From assembly GCA_028534125.1 (NCBI GenBank), contig CM052818.1, positions 32,552,001 through 32,616,000 on the forward strand: a DNA stretch of 64,000 bases. Direction: 5' to 3'. Origin of the DNA: Lama glama (taxonomy: Eukaryota). Below, piece after piece: positions 13,050 through 25,769 of the stretch (positions are counted from its first letter, which is position 1; each line of letters starts with the position of its first letter). Made by a program: the position numbers and the translations under genes. Under the pieces are notes generated by a model, which saw nothing but the letters and a program-made list of their open reading frames with translations, ran no database searches and was not told the DNA's origin.

Positions 13050-13869
13050 CTGTTTGAAATAAAAAAGATATTAAGTTAAATTTATTAAAATTTCCAAATA
13101 AATATGATGAAAATAATATACAGTAAGACCAGGGCTCAAATAACATAGATATTTTTAGATGCTGGGAAAAGGAAGTTTACCTTAAGCAATTCTCAAAACC
13201 AAAGTCAGAATCACCAAAAAGTATGAGGCATTCCTGAACTTTCTTAAGAATGAGATTTCCATGCATCATACCATATCTTATCACAAATGAAACAAAAATC
13301 TGAGCACACTGATCTTAAACCCTCAACTGAGAACTTGTTCTAAAGCACAGAAAATTTGTCAAATTTTACACATATTTTCACCTTTCAAAATATTAATATA
13401 TCATGAACAGTACATTCACATCCATGGTTAAAACATACATAATAGAAAGAAATATGCCAAAATATCAACAGTGTACTTGAACAATGTGTAATTTTAAATA
13501 TTCTTTCTAGTTTTCTGTATTTTCTTAATTTTCTATAATAAACAGGTGTGACCCGGACCCACTAGGGAGCATGAGGGGAATCGCTATGTACACACACAGT
13601 AATGAAGCAGCATCTGACGACAAGAAACGAAGCCTTGGGACAAAGTGACTGGGTTATTTTGGAACACATGTTAGTGAAAACATGGAATACTAGACAAAAT
13701 TGAACCTGATTTCAAAATCTTTAACACTTCCTTAAGTTTCAGAGAAAACAGAGCATCCTACGGCTGGAGAATAAAGGAGAACAGAAGAAAATCAGATTCT
13801 ACTACCCTGAACAATCTAAAAGAAGGCAGGGAATCTTAAAAACGGAAGCGTCTAAAGAAGAGAGCATTA

Positions 13870-14095
13870 CAGGCAATATTCACAGAGTGCTTACAACTGA
13901 CCCAACAAACACTCTACAACTCTTCACAGACACCCCACCTGGAAGGTATTATTCTTATTTTGCAGGTAAGGAAATCAAACTTCAGACTAAACAATACTTA
14001 CTCAAAGTCACACAGCTAGTAAGTGGCAAATCTGGGGTAGAAACCAGGTCTGCCTCCAAAGTCTATCTTCTTTCCTCTATTACACTGCCTCCTAA
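13870..14095 (-). mobile_element. MIR SINE relic
   Basis: ttttgcaggtaaggaaatc...ctcaaagtcacacagctagtaagtggcaaatctggg...ccaggtctgcctccaaagtc. Confidence 0.7.
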
Positions 14096-15399
14096 GAGAA
14101 TTCACCAATAGCAGGATTCGTGTGGTTTTTACTTTTTTTTTTTTGTACTTTATTTTCCAAAATTATCCTAGATACATAAACTCTTACTTTTAGAATAAAC
14201 ATGAAAGATGAATTAAAGATGAAAGGAGAAGCACAAAACCAAGGATGTGTGTAAGAGCAGAGCCATCCATTTGAAGGGAATCAAGAAGACTGAAACAAGA
14301 ATGAGACACTCTCCAAAACCTAAGACAACGAAATGGTCTTCTACATATAAGTAAAAAGGGTCAAAAAACAATCAGTATGTAACACATACCAAGTACTCGA
14401 ACACAGATTTGGGTGTGTTTCGCATATATAGCAGTTGACTGGATTTTTTTTTTTTTTTGGTCTAACTGATTCACCCATTCAATAAATATTTATGGATCAG
14501 TCACTTTTCTGGGCATTGGGTATTACTAATAGAGAAATTTCTAAATATATATACCTAAAAAGACTCTTCTGTGTCATGTGACTATAGGAGACATGTACAA
14601 GAATGCTTACTCTAGCGTTGATTATAATAGCAAAATAACTGAGAAACTGAAACATTTCTCCATGGAGGAATGGATAGAATGTGGTTTAGCCACAGGATAG
14701 ACTTGATGCTTTCATACAACTAAATAAATGGATCAGATATCTATGTCATGAATTAACAAGGACTGTTCTCAAAAAACATACTGATCAATAAAATAAGTTA
14801 AAAAATAACACACAACATCTGTCATTTACAAAAAATTACAAATATACAAAACAACACTATATATTGTTTAAGGGTGCTCATGTAATATAGTAAATGTATA
14901 ATTAAATGGTCTGAAATATTCACACTAAATATAAGATAGTGATTGCCTCTGGGGAGCATGGGGAATGGAACCACAAAGAAAAATGGACAGAATTTCAACT
15001 TTAAGGTTTTAATTCTTGTAACTGAAAAATAAGACCTAAAGGAAATAAGACAAAATGTGAGTATTTATTCTTTCTGATGGTGGATATGTGCAACACATGT
15101 TTGCTATCACTGTATTTTCTGCATTTTTAAAGGATTTTTTTAAATGAAATGTAATGGGAAAAGAACATAGTAACAATAAAGTAACAAACATGTCAATAAA
15201 TCTGTGAGGCTTATTTAAAGAAAATTGAAGGGGGAGGGGACTTAAACAGAGAGAGACACATCATGTTCCTGGATTGGAAGATAAAATACTAACGGCTGTC
15301 AATTTTCCCAAGAACAATTATTTAAAATAATTTCAATTCAACTCACCAAGATTTATTTGTAAGAAGATACAGACAAAATTATTCTACCGTTCATCTCTG

Positions 15400-15560
15400 T
15401 TAGAGCTTCTCAAACATTAACATAGATAGGAATCGCCTAGGGATTTTGTTATGATGTAGATGCTACTCCATCAAGTCTCAAGTGAGGCCAGGACTGCATT
15501 CTAACAAGCTCCCAGCGACGCCAATGCTACTAGACTAAGGACTATACTTTGAGTAGCAAA
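15400..15560. mobile_element. MER5-like hAT-Charlie element
   Basis: gcttctcaaac...gaatcgcctagggattttgtta...ctgcattctaacaagctccca...actttgagtagca. Confidence 0.65.
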
Positions 15561-15729
15561 GATCTAGAAAGTAAATGTAAGAGAAATAAGTAAGAGTATT
15601 TTAACTAATAAGAATAATGATCGGGGTGGGGGGCAGGATACTAGCCCACCAAATACTAAAACATGTAACAATGCTTCAGTAATTATACACTGAGGTAACG
15701 GCAAGTAGCAAACAGCCCATTTAAATGCT

Positions 15730-15975
15730 AATGATAACACATTATTAAGTGCTTAATATGTGTCAGGGACTGTTCCATGCACTTTACGTACATTATCTAA
15801 TTTAATACTCATAACAACCATATGAGGTAGGTAATATTATTGTCCTCATTTTATCAAAGAAAAAATAATGGGAGAGACAATAGGTAATTTTCCCAAGATC
15901 ACACAACAGGTAAGTAAGTGGTTGAGTCAGGATTAAAGCCAGACTGATTTATAATATTAACCTCTATGCTACATA
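15730..15975 (-). mobile_element. MIR SINE relic
   Basis: attattaagtgcttaatatgtgtcagg...actcataacaaccatatgaggtaggtaatattattgtcctcatttta...cccaagatcacaca. Confidence 0.75.
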
Positions 15976-16079
15976 CACTACATTAACAAATCTAATGACA
16001 CCCAAAATTCAGCTTCTATACAGGGGAAAAAAAAGAAAAAGTTTTAATCAAAAGAAAGGGGGTAGGGGACTGAAGAGGA

Positions 16080-17800
16080 TGTGTCACTTCAAGTCATGAT
16101 GGAGTAATATATTATTTTTCTATCTGAAACGGCCAAAAAAAAAAATGAAAGATGAAATGAAGTTTCCAAGGCACTGGACATCAGGCAATGACAGCAATCT
16201 CCAAGAGACAGGATACAAGCACGTGAGTCTTACAATTGCCCCCACGTTTCTTCCTGGGGTCTTTCCAGATCTGAGTGCAAAGAGAGGGAAACCAAAAAAA
16301 AGCCCAGCAGGCTCACTGAGCTGAGGAGACAAAGCTGAGAGCCCAAGGAAGTAAGGCAGTTAGAGTTCACAGGGCAACATACCAGAGAGGACAGAGGTGC
16401 AAAGCAAGAGAACCCCCAAGGTCTGTGGACAGTCTCCCTTAAGTAGTTAACACATACTTGTGAGGAAAAACCTGAGGTGAGAAAAAGAACCATCCAAAAG
16501 AATTAGAGGGATTAGTGCTGAGTGAGCGTATAGGGCCTAGAACAGTGCCTGTTCCCACCAAAAAGACTGGGGAAAAGATTCACCAGGCTTTGGGTAAAGT
16601 ACTCAGTAGTGAGGAATAATTAGCCCCAGATTAGCGCTGCTCCAGAACCACTTAAGAAAATCATAACAGAAAGACCTGAAAGGGTCAAACTATTTCCAAG
16701 TAAATTAACTGCATTCCAGAACAAAGCTCAAGAATATTTATAGGAACAGAAAAATATCCAGCACCCGACAGGTAAAATTCACAATGTCTGGCATCCAATC
16801 AAAGATTCCCAGCCATGCAAAGGGAAAAAGGGACCTATAATCAGGGGAATGATCAATTAAACCAGGCCTAGAGTTGACACAAATACTATAATTAACAGAA
16901 AAGGACATTAAAGCAGCCATTATAACTGTATTCCAAAGGTTCACAAGGTTAAGTAGAGACATGGATAATATAAAAAAGACCCAAATCAAAATTATGGATG
17001 AAAACTACATGTGAGATGAAAACTACACTGGCTGAGCTCATCAGCTGATCAGACATTGCTGAAGACACAGCAATAGAAACTACCCAAAATGAAACACAGA
17101 AAGAAAAGGAATTTTTAAAATATGAAAAAAGCCATCAGTGAGCTGTGATAAAGCTTCCAGCTGGTCTAATATATCTGTAACTGGAGTGTCTGAAAAGGAA
17201 GAGGGGCAGAAAGTTTATCTGAAGAAATAATAATTACCCAAACTTAATGAAAACTGGAACCCACATATCCAAGAAGCTTAACAGACCCCAAGCATGAGAA
17301 TATAAAAGAAAACTTCACCAGTGCACATGACAGTAAAATTACTCAAAATCAATGATAAATAGAAACTCTTCAAAGCAATCAGGAAAAAAAATTTAGAAGA
17401 CAATACATACAGAGAAACAAAAATGATAGCCAGTTTCCTGAGAGAAACAACGTACATGGAAACACAGAGAAGCAACACTTTAAAGTACTGAAAGAAAAAC
17501 ACTATCAACCTAGAATTCTATACCTAACAAATATATTTTTCAAAAGAGAAGATGACATAAAGATGTTTTCAGACATATGAAAGCTGAAAAGAGCCCTCAC
17601 CACCAGATCTGCACTACAAGAAATGTTAAAGGAAGCCCACAAGGCAGAAAGAAAGTGCTATCAAGTGAAAATGCCGTCTGCACAAAGGAATGACTAACAC
17701 TAGGAATGGTAATCATGTGGGCAGATAAGTTTTTTTTATTATTTCTTGTATCTCTTTAAGAGATAGCTTCATTGTTTATGCAAAAATAGTAACATTTGGG
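16080..17800 (+). mobile_element. Degenerate old LINE-1 5' region / ORF1 relic
   Basis: L1 ORF1-type blocks (tgtaactggagtgtctgaa; ccaagaagcttaacagacccca; caacctagaattctatacc; caccagatctgcactacaagaaatgttaaagg); no intact ORF. Confidence 0.8.
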
Positions 17801-17989
17801 GGGTTTCAATATATAATGTGTGGTCTGTGTGAACTGATTCTAGAGGCATTCAAAGCAAAAGATTCTAAAAATCTGTGTATAGCCTTGCAGGGCAACCACC
17901 TGGAGAGTCAACACTGAGCTGCATGCCTAAGTTCTGGTTTGTGTGGGTTGGTTTCTTTTTGTTTCTTGGTTTTAATCTCATTCTCAGCC

Positions 17990-18465
17990 TCACATTCAAT
18001 GGCTCCCATTATACCTAGGAAAAAATACAAACTCTTACCGAGGCCTAAATGATCCTGCCTGGTCTGGCCCCTGCCTTCCTCTCCAAGTTCATCTCCTGCC
18101 AACCTGCCCTTCAACCACTTTGCTCCTCAGCCACATGGCCTTCCTGCAAGTCTATACCAAAGTTCTTCCCCAACTCTGTGCCTTTGCTTTCCTATTCTTC
18201 TGCCTGGAGCACTTCTCTCCAGGCTCTTCTCTCGACTAGCTGCTTCTGATTCTTCAGATGACCAGCCCATCTAAAACAGCCACTCTGCTCCAGTATCCTC
18301 TGTCACAGCACTCTGTTTCTTGTCTCCACGGAATTCGTTATAATCTACAATATTTATGTTTTTTGTATCCATTTGTTTGTATAGTACCTGTTTTCCCTAC
18401 TAGAATGTCGGTCTTGGGTGCTGTGCTATCCTCTGCACCTAGGACAGTACCCAGCACATAATGGG
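17990..18465 (+). mobile_element. L2 LINE relic
   Basis: tcaatggctcccatt...cttctgcctggagcacttct...gcacctaggacagtacccagcacataa, typical L2 3' region. Confidence 0.7.
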
Positions 18466-20303
18466 CCCTCCCATTCTGGGTGCCACTTTTTAACAGGACA
18501 CTGACTACAGCACACTAAGAAGGAAACAACTAGAATGAAAAGGGTCTAGAAATCCCGACAATGAGGGACTGGTGACAGAACCAGAAATTTGTAGCCTAAA
18601 GAAGTACAGACTAAATGCTCAGGTTATCTTCAAATATTTGAAGGTTATCATGTAAAGAAGCGTTTGTTCCACCCATCAAACCAGTTGGCCAAAATTTCAA
18701 GGGGACATACTTTGGATCCAGAGACAAAAACAATTTTATCACAACTAAAACTTTGATAATAAAATGGATTATTTCATCAGTTTCCCACTATTGAAGATAT
18801 CTAAGAGGCTGAATGGTTATCCATCAGAGATCCTGAAAACAGAACTTCTATGCTGAGAGATGAGTAGGGAAAGTTGAACTATAGGTCCATCCAGATTCTA
18901 AGAATCTATAATTCTAAGAATACAGGTAATGTTTAATTTCAGTTACACAAAGGGATGAATATCCATTATCACCTTTCATTCAGTGTATTTATTCAACAAA
19001 CACTGAGCAACTAATATCAACAAATGACTACATTAGCCCAATGAGATAAACAAAAACAAAACATGAGTGCTACTCCCATCCAAAGAGCTATAGTCCAGGA
19101 AAGGAAACAAGACAATTATGACTCAAGACAGAATGAGGTGAGTGCCACAAGCAAGGTACAGAGTGCTTTTCAAGGTTTTTCCTGCATAACTGATTTTGTT
19201 ATACCTGAAAATAAATCCAGTCAATTTTTGTAAAAGCTGCAAATAATTCTCAGGATCTAGGCACAGCTTTTATATAACACCTTTGATGACGGCAAGGCAA
19301 GCGGCTATCTGAACACATAAAAATAGCATACTTGGAGATGAGAAGTTATTATAATGGATATGACTAAAAAGACAAATTCATAATCCAATCATTTTATATT
19401 CACTGAAATTTTGAAATCGCATTGTCTCTACCTCCAAAGACAATTTGAAGTGGTGACCCAATATTTTACTTGAAAAACTCTAACTAAATTAGAAATGTAA
19501 TAAATCTATCAAATTTATCTCCCAGTTTTATTTCTTTATCAATTATTTGATAAAATATGGTCTTGGGGAAATAGGTCTAAATACATTAAAACCGAGAATA
19601 CACCTAAATTTACATTTTAAAAGATTATTTAAATGACCCAATTTAAATATGAATAAATCTCACTCCACTTTCCAGGGAAAGGCCTTACCCTGTCTAAGTA
19701 TAGGGGTTTTTTTTGTTTTGTTTTACTCTACTTTACTTGTGTGTACATTGATAATTACAATGGGAGACAACTGAGACAGGATCCAAATTAGGCTTGCTTG
19801 TGTATTAAAACATCACTTGTCATTACACTGCCACCCAAGTTTGGATCATTTCAGCAGTGATTATTTGGTTTGTTAATTAGAATTCTAGTATTTCAGAAAC
19901 AACAGGGCCCTTAGAGATGGCTAGCACACAGTGTTTTTAGGTCTCTTTTTTTTTTTTTCTAGTACAGGGCTTTTTAAGCAAGTTAGTACATTTAACCAAA
20001 ATAAATACATCAGTACATCAAAAGAATGATAGATGTCTAAGCACCACTGAACTCTAAAAATAAGATCCTCTGAATCCACCATGGTGCTTAAAATGGATGC
20101 TTTTACATAATAAAAATGCTGGCAGCAGAAATAAAGCGATTAGCTGAAAAGAGAGAAAAAGCAATTGTATTTTTGAAAAAGGAAAACTTTAGCAATTTTA
20201 TGAAAACCACAACAAATGGTTTTAGGAGAAAATCAGGAGTACAAAAAGGGTATAAGACAGAAGTTAACAGTTCATAGAAAATAAACACAGCTACTTAACA
20301 TAC

Positions 20304-20436
20304 CACAGTCTGAAGGCATTGGTGCTGCAGAAATGGAAAAGATAACTGGTGTATCAGAACCTTGAAATAAAAATGGGTATCTTCCAATCAAAGAACTTCC
20401 TTCTAATGGAAAATCTGGAAGGTCCTCTATGGTCAT
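20304..20436 (-). CDS. CLIP4: CLIP4 first coding exon (ATG at 20436; exon extends 15 nt of 5' UTR to 20451)
   Basis: Translation MTIEDLPDFPLEGSSLIGRYPFLFQGSDTPVIFSISAAPMPSDC(E); AG acceptor at 20452-20453, GTATGT donor; not present in the supplied ORF track. Confidence 0.96.
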
Positions 20437-21536
20437 CTTCTAGAAAGCCACCTTTAATGAGAGGGGGGGAAAAGCATATCTATTATATTTGTATGCAACT
20501 TAGAATGATGACTGCCTTCAATCACAAAAAGCCTATATTCTTATAATATCTAACCTACTGACATTTTTAACTTCAACTTCAAGAATCTCTTTTAGAGAGG
20601 AAGGGGGAAAAACTTCTTTTTAGCAAACTGTCGTTAAAGAATACACATTGCTTCACACTGTGTCTTAGAGTCAGCAGCACATGTAACTTTTTAGACAAAG
20701 TTCAGGAGTAATAAAAACAACTATTATATATTTCCCAATAATAATAATAATAAACATTTTTTAAATGCTGAACTAATCTAAATGGGTGATACTCTCTTGA
20801 CTCACAGCAACAAACAAGCAGATGGATCTCTAACTCCTCACAGGATCTGACACAGGTTCTATCATCCGTCATCTAACAGCTCATGCCATGTGCTCATCAC
20901 ACAGAAATAATCTAGTTTAGAATGTTCATTATTTTCCCAGAAAACTTTGCTGAAAAGTGAGCACATAAGTCACACCAACCTAAATCTAGGAGCTCACTGG
21001 CATTGTTCCACTTCTTAACAATGCAGAGGATCTGTCTAGTCAATTCTAGCAAAGGACGGAAGGTGATGCCTTTTAAACCACATCACTTATATTACCTCTT
21101 TTTCCCAGAGAAATGGGCACTCAGACTAAGTTTGCTCTAAATTAGACTTGTCCTGCGCCCTAGCCCACATATCAGAAATGACATAGTAGAGAAAATGTTT
21201 TAGTAAAACTGAACTATGAAGCTAAAAACCTTCTGGTTTCTTCTGTGCCAAATGTTTGAAGTTTGAAATACTATGAATCACTATATCTGTTTGAAATATA
21301 AGCAGAAAACTGTATTATAAACTAAATAAAAATGGTTTTAGATTATTTCAGTAGAAAGACAGTAAGTAAAGATAGTTAACTGACAGCTTACTCTAGTGGA
21401 TAATGCCGTGCTAGACGTTACTACACATGTGCACTATTATACTTGGTTAACCGACTCTGGATCTAACTTACTCATCTTTACCTACCATGTTTACCTACCA
21501 TCACCACCCTGCTCCAAGGAAAGTTACCTCTCTGAG

Positions 21537-22036
21537 NNNNNNNNNNNNNNNNNNNNNNNNNNNNNNNNNNNNNNNNNNNNNNNNNNNNNNNNNNNNNNNN
21601 NNNNNNNNNNNNNNNNNNNNNNNNNNNNNNNNNNNNNNNNNNNNNNNNNNNNNNNNNNNNNNNNNNNNNNNNNNNNNNNNNNNNNNNNNNNNNNNNNNNN
21701 NNNNNNNNNNNNNNNNNNNNNNNNNNNNNNNNNNNNNNNNNNNNNNNNNNNNNNNNNNNNNNNNNNNNNNNNNNNNNNNNNNNNNNNNNNNNNNNNNNNN
21801 NNNNNNNNNNNNNNNNNNNNNNNNNNNNNNNNNNNNNNNNNNNNNNNNNNNNNNNNNNNNNNNNNNNNNNNNNNNNNNNNNNNNNNNNNNNNNNNNNNNN
21901 NNNNNNNNNNNNNNNNNNNNNNNNNNNNNNNNNNNNNNNNNNNNNNNNNNNNNNNNNNNNNNNNNNNNNNNNNNNNNNNNNNNNNNNNNNNNNNNNNNNN
22001 NNNNNNNNNNNNNNNNNNNNNNNNNNNNNNNNNNNN
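21537..22036. other. Assembly gap (exactly 500 N)
   Basis: Run of N; the round length suggests a scaffolding placeholder of unknown true size. Confidence 0.99.
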
Positions 22037-23589
22037 AAATGAGGAGCTAGTGTTTACTGAGTACTTTGTATGTGCTGTGCATTGTTTTAAGTACTTTCAT
22101 GAATTAATATACCCCTGAAGGAGACATGTCATTTTAGTTTCTTTTTCCAGTCAGAAAAATCAAGGCATAGAATAGTTAGATACTAATATCACACAATTGG
22201 TAGCAGAACTAGGACTTGAATCGAGGCAGTCTAGAGCAAGAGTGTAAACCACGACTCTGCAAGAGAAAGGCTTGGAGGTAGAAAAGCTAAATGTCTGTTT
22301 GAAGGACAGTAAAGAGTCTAGCTAGAGCAGAGCCCATGGTACAAACTGGTGGGGGATGAGTTGGAAAGGTAGGTTGGGGCTAGACCAGGAATAGTTTCAA
22401 ACATCACACTAAGAAGCTGAGACATTATCCCATTGCGATGAGGAAAAGCCAGCTGAATTTCTAACAAGGGAAAGACTAAGAAATCTGTCACCACTCTTCA
22501 AAATGGAAACCCCTGCCCAAACTTCATGCCCACATCTGCTATGCTCTCTTAATAAAAAGTTGAAACAAAAGCATATTTAAAAATTCAAGCATTTTGAAGT
22601 GAAATTGAGCACCTGAAAATAAAGTTACCTTGAGAGTCTTAGCTTTTATCAATCCAATTTCAATAGGTTTTTTAAAAATAGCAAATGAGTTTTTACAAAT
22701 GTCTGTCTCCACAGACAACTTAGTTTTTATATTTAACGTGTGCTCAATAATGACCTGCATTCAAAGTGAAGTTGAAACAAGTTATGCAGATGCACTTAGG
22801 GGATAGAAACCTACCGTTTCTGCCTTTCCTATCACACCCCATCAACCGCTCTGCAGCATAACAGTAACACCTGTATGTCATCATTCTAACCACTTGGTTA
22901 TTATATAACATATAATAATGTAATAATATATTAATCTTTTGGATATGTGCCCATTACACAAAAGCACAGTTTCAGCAAAAACAAAACCAAAAAAAAAAAA
23001 AAATACACACACCAGCCACTCAGCTTCCTTGGGTGCTGTCCATCCACCAAGGTGCTGATGTGCTTGCTGCCCACCCTATGGTGCTCTACTCCTCTTGGCA
23101 CCATGGTTTCTGTTTCTCCAGCCTCATCCATGCCCTAACTCAGACTTCAAAGCAGAGAACCACTCAAGGTTCAGCTTGTCAAGTGAGGCACCACAAACCT
23201 ACTAAAGAGCTTCATTTTCACCACTTTGGAGGCATTGTTGCTAGTAGCAATAGCCTAGCATCTTTGCAAGCAATGGCCAAATGCATCATGGACACTGTGT
23301 GCCTCTATTGCAAAGGCTACTGGCCGTGCTCCGGTCTTAGCTGCATCTGAAATTGGTTACCCCCACGCACACTGGTCCACACAATCCTCAGCTTCTGCAG
23401 TCCAAAGAGACCCAAGAAAAGAGGTGTGGCCTGTGAAGACAGTTCCTGCTCCTCACTAGTCAAGCATGTACTAAGTAATTCTAAGTATCATAAATACCGT
23501 TAGATACTGCTCTGTCCTTAGGGAACTTATACCCTAAGTAGAGGGAGTGAAAAATTAAAACTCTCAAAAAGCTGGAAGCAGGATAGAAT

Positions 23590-23890
23590 TCCAGGCTTTG
23601 AAGTCAGACATATGAGGTTTGCTTGGAACCAAGAGGGTTCCTGGATATGGCACTTTCAGTTTTAAAACAAGTTGATCACCGTAAGACAGATGAAAGATCA
23701 AGTTAATTAGCTTTGTGACCCTGAACAAATAAAATAACCTCTCAAAGACTCAGTTTCCTCATTTATAAAATGGATATGAGAGCAGCACCTACTTTATCCC
23801 ATATTTCTTCTAAGAATTCAATAAGCTTTTGTATAAAAAGAACTAAGCACAGTGCCTAATATTGAATAATTGATCAATAAGTATTAATTC
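23590..23890 (+). mobile_element. MIR SINE relic (interrupted)
   Basis: caggctttgaagtcagac...tgtgaccctgaacaa...ctcagtttcctcatttataaaatgg...aagcacagtgcct. Confidence 0.7.
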
Positions 23891-24007
23891 TGTACGTATA
23901 ATCAATAATACAAAATAGCAAATAATGAAAGACTGAATTAGATGTTTTTGGAACTAAAAAATGGGATACAAGATAATTGGATCATTAAGAAAAGGGTACA
24001 TAGCGGT

Positions 24008-24170
24008 AGAGTCAACAGATAAAGTACAGGTTGCCCAACTCAATTTGAATTTCAGATAAACAACAAGTAATTTTTTAGTATAAGTATGTACTGTAGTTTT
24101 TAAATTGTTATCTGAAAATCAAATTTAACTGGATATCTGGGTATTTTATTTGTTTAAAATGGCAACCCTA
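24008..24170. mobile_element. MER3/MER33-like hAT DNA element
   Basis: tttgaatttcagataaacaac...tagtataagtatg...ttatctgaaaatcaaatttaactgg...tggcaaccct, with an internal inverted repeat. Confidence 0.6.
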
Positions 24171-25769
24171 TATAGAGGAGGTAGAACTTAAATTGTTCTT
24201 TATAGGAAGAGGAAAGAAAAACAATTCCAGGCAGAGGGGTTAACACCAATGGCAGTGGACCAAATACAGGAAAAATGCATAGGATGGTCTTGTAAATTTT
24301 TAGAGTGAACCCCTTTAGACCCAGGGTAAAGAGCCTAGATTTGATGCAGAATGTATGGGAGAGTTAGAGGTAAGGTGCTAGGGTCCTGAGATAAGGTAGG
24401 AATCAAAAGAAAGAGATGCTTCACAGAAAAAATGAATGAGACTTTATGAAGGAAAACAATGGATTCAATGTTTTGAAGCCAAGTCACTTTGAGAGGGACT
24501 ATAAAGCCAAGGAGATCAAGTATATGGCTGTCCTTGTAGTCAGATGGGTGGCCTGAACTCAGCCGGCGGCGGCAGGAATGGAGGGAAGAAAGGATTGGAT
24601 GCAGAGAGATATTATGAAGGAAGGCAATGTCTGCAGGGAAGGCAGGGACTAAAGCTCTGAAAGTGAATATGGACTTTCACTATGAAAACTTTTTTGAATC
24701 CCAGCAGTGTTATTACTGGTGACCTGAATAAGCAATTACGTGTAACTCTAGAGAGGCCTCTTGAGGTAAGTTAACTTGGATCAAGAGAAAAAAAAAAAGA
24801 AAGAAGGAAAGAAAGAAAAATAGGGCATTTAATGCCCTCTTTGCTCTTCCCTAAGTAGTAAGAAGAGATTAAAGCTAAGGGATTCATACGTTTCCTTCCT
24901 TGCTTTCCTCCTACCTCGGGGACCCCACGGAATTCTCCTGTCCACCAGAAATGACAGAGCCCTTCAAAGAGAGTAAGTTCAATGCAGCCAGGCAGTGAGG
25001 GGCCTGGGGCACACAGGGAAACTTCCCTTGGGGTCCAGTGTCACTATTTTTGACCTCCCAAGCAAGTTGCTTTCTTCCTGATATGTGTACATGAAATTTT
25101 ACTCTTGTAGCAAATGAAAAAGCTACAGCCGCATTTGGTAGCTTTTCCCCAGAAGAGCAGTGCTTCTCTTTAGAAACATTCCCTGGCATGAGCCTGTAAG
25201 TCTGATTCAGAGAAGCAAATGGTTCAGAATATCTGCCTTGAGGTATACATGAAACCAAAAACCAATGATCCTAAAAGAACCAGACTCAAAGGATCTGCTT
25301 AGAAATGCAACTCTAAGCACTATATCAGGTCCTGAATGCTCACACTGACATTCTTCAAGGTCACTTCCCACCTCTGCCAGATGTGATAAAGCCCCCCATC
25401 ACTGCCTTCCACATTACCCTCTGCATCCTTGTGTGTGCCATTTCTTCTTCATTCACTTTGCCTCCAGTCTACCTCCACCTCTCCAAATCCTACTGCCCTT
25501 CCAGAGCCTTCCTGCATCTCTCCTCTTCCGTGGAGAGCTGGCTCCCTAACTACTCCAAACTACTCCTCCTAATCACTTGTAATTTCTCCCTTTTGCTAAG
25601 GAAGGACACACTTTAAAGCCCAATTGTCAATTATCTTGTATTAGTTGCTCACTTTGGAGGCATTTTGTCCAGCCTTTTCCAGTGACTTTGTAAATTCCAC
25701 GAGGACAGGAAACATTTCTTTTGTATGCCTAAAAGCACTTAATACCTGCTTTCTGTATTAAACTTTAAA

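Noticed and set aside
21396..22118. 240-aa and 187-aa ORFs in the supplied track
   Set aside because: Artefacts of translating through the N gap
23000..23460. Coding-like sequence after an A run, considered as a processed pseudogene
   Set aside because: No recognisable protein in the frames I translated; the A run is on the wrong side for a retrocopy tail, and no target-site duplication was found
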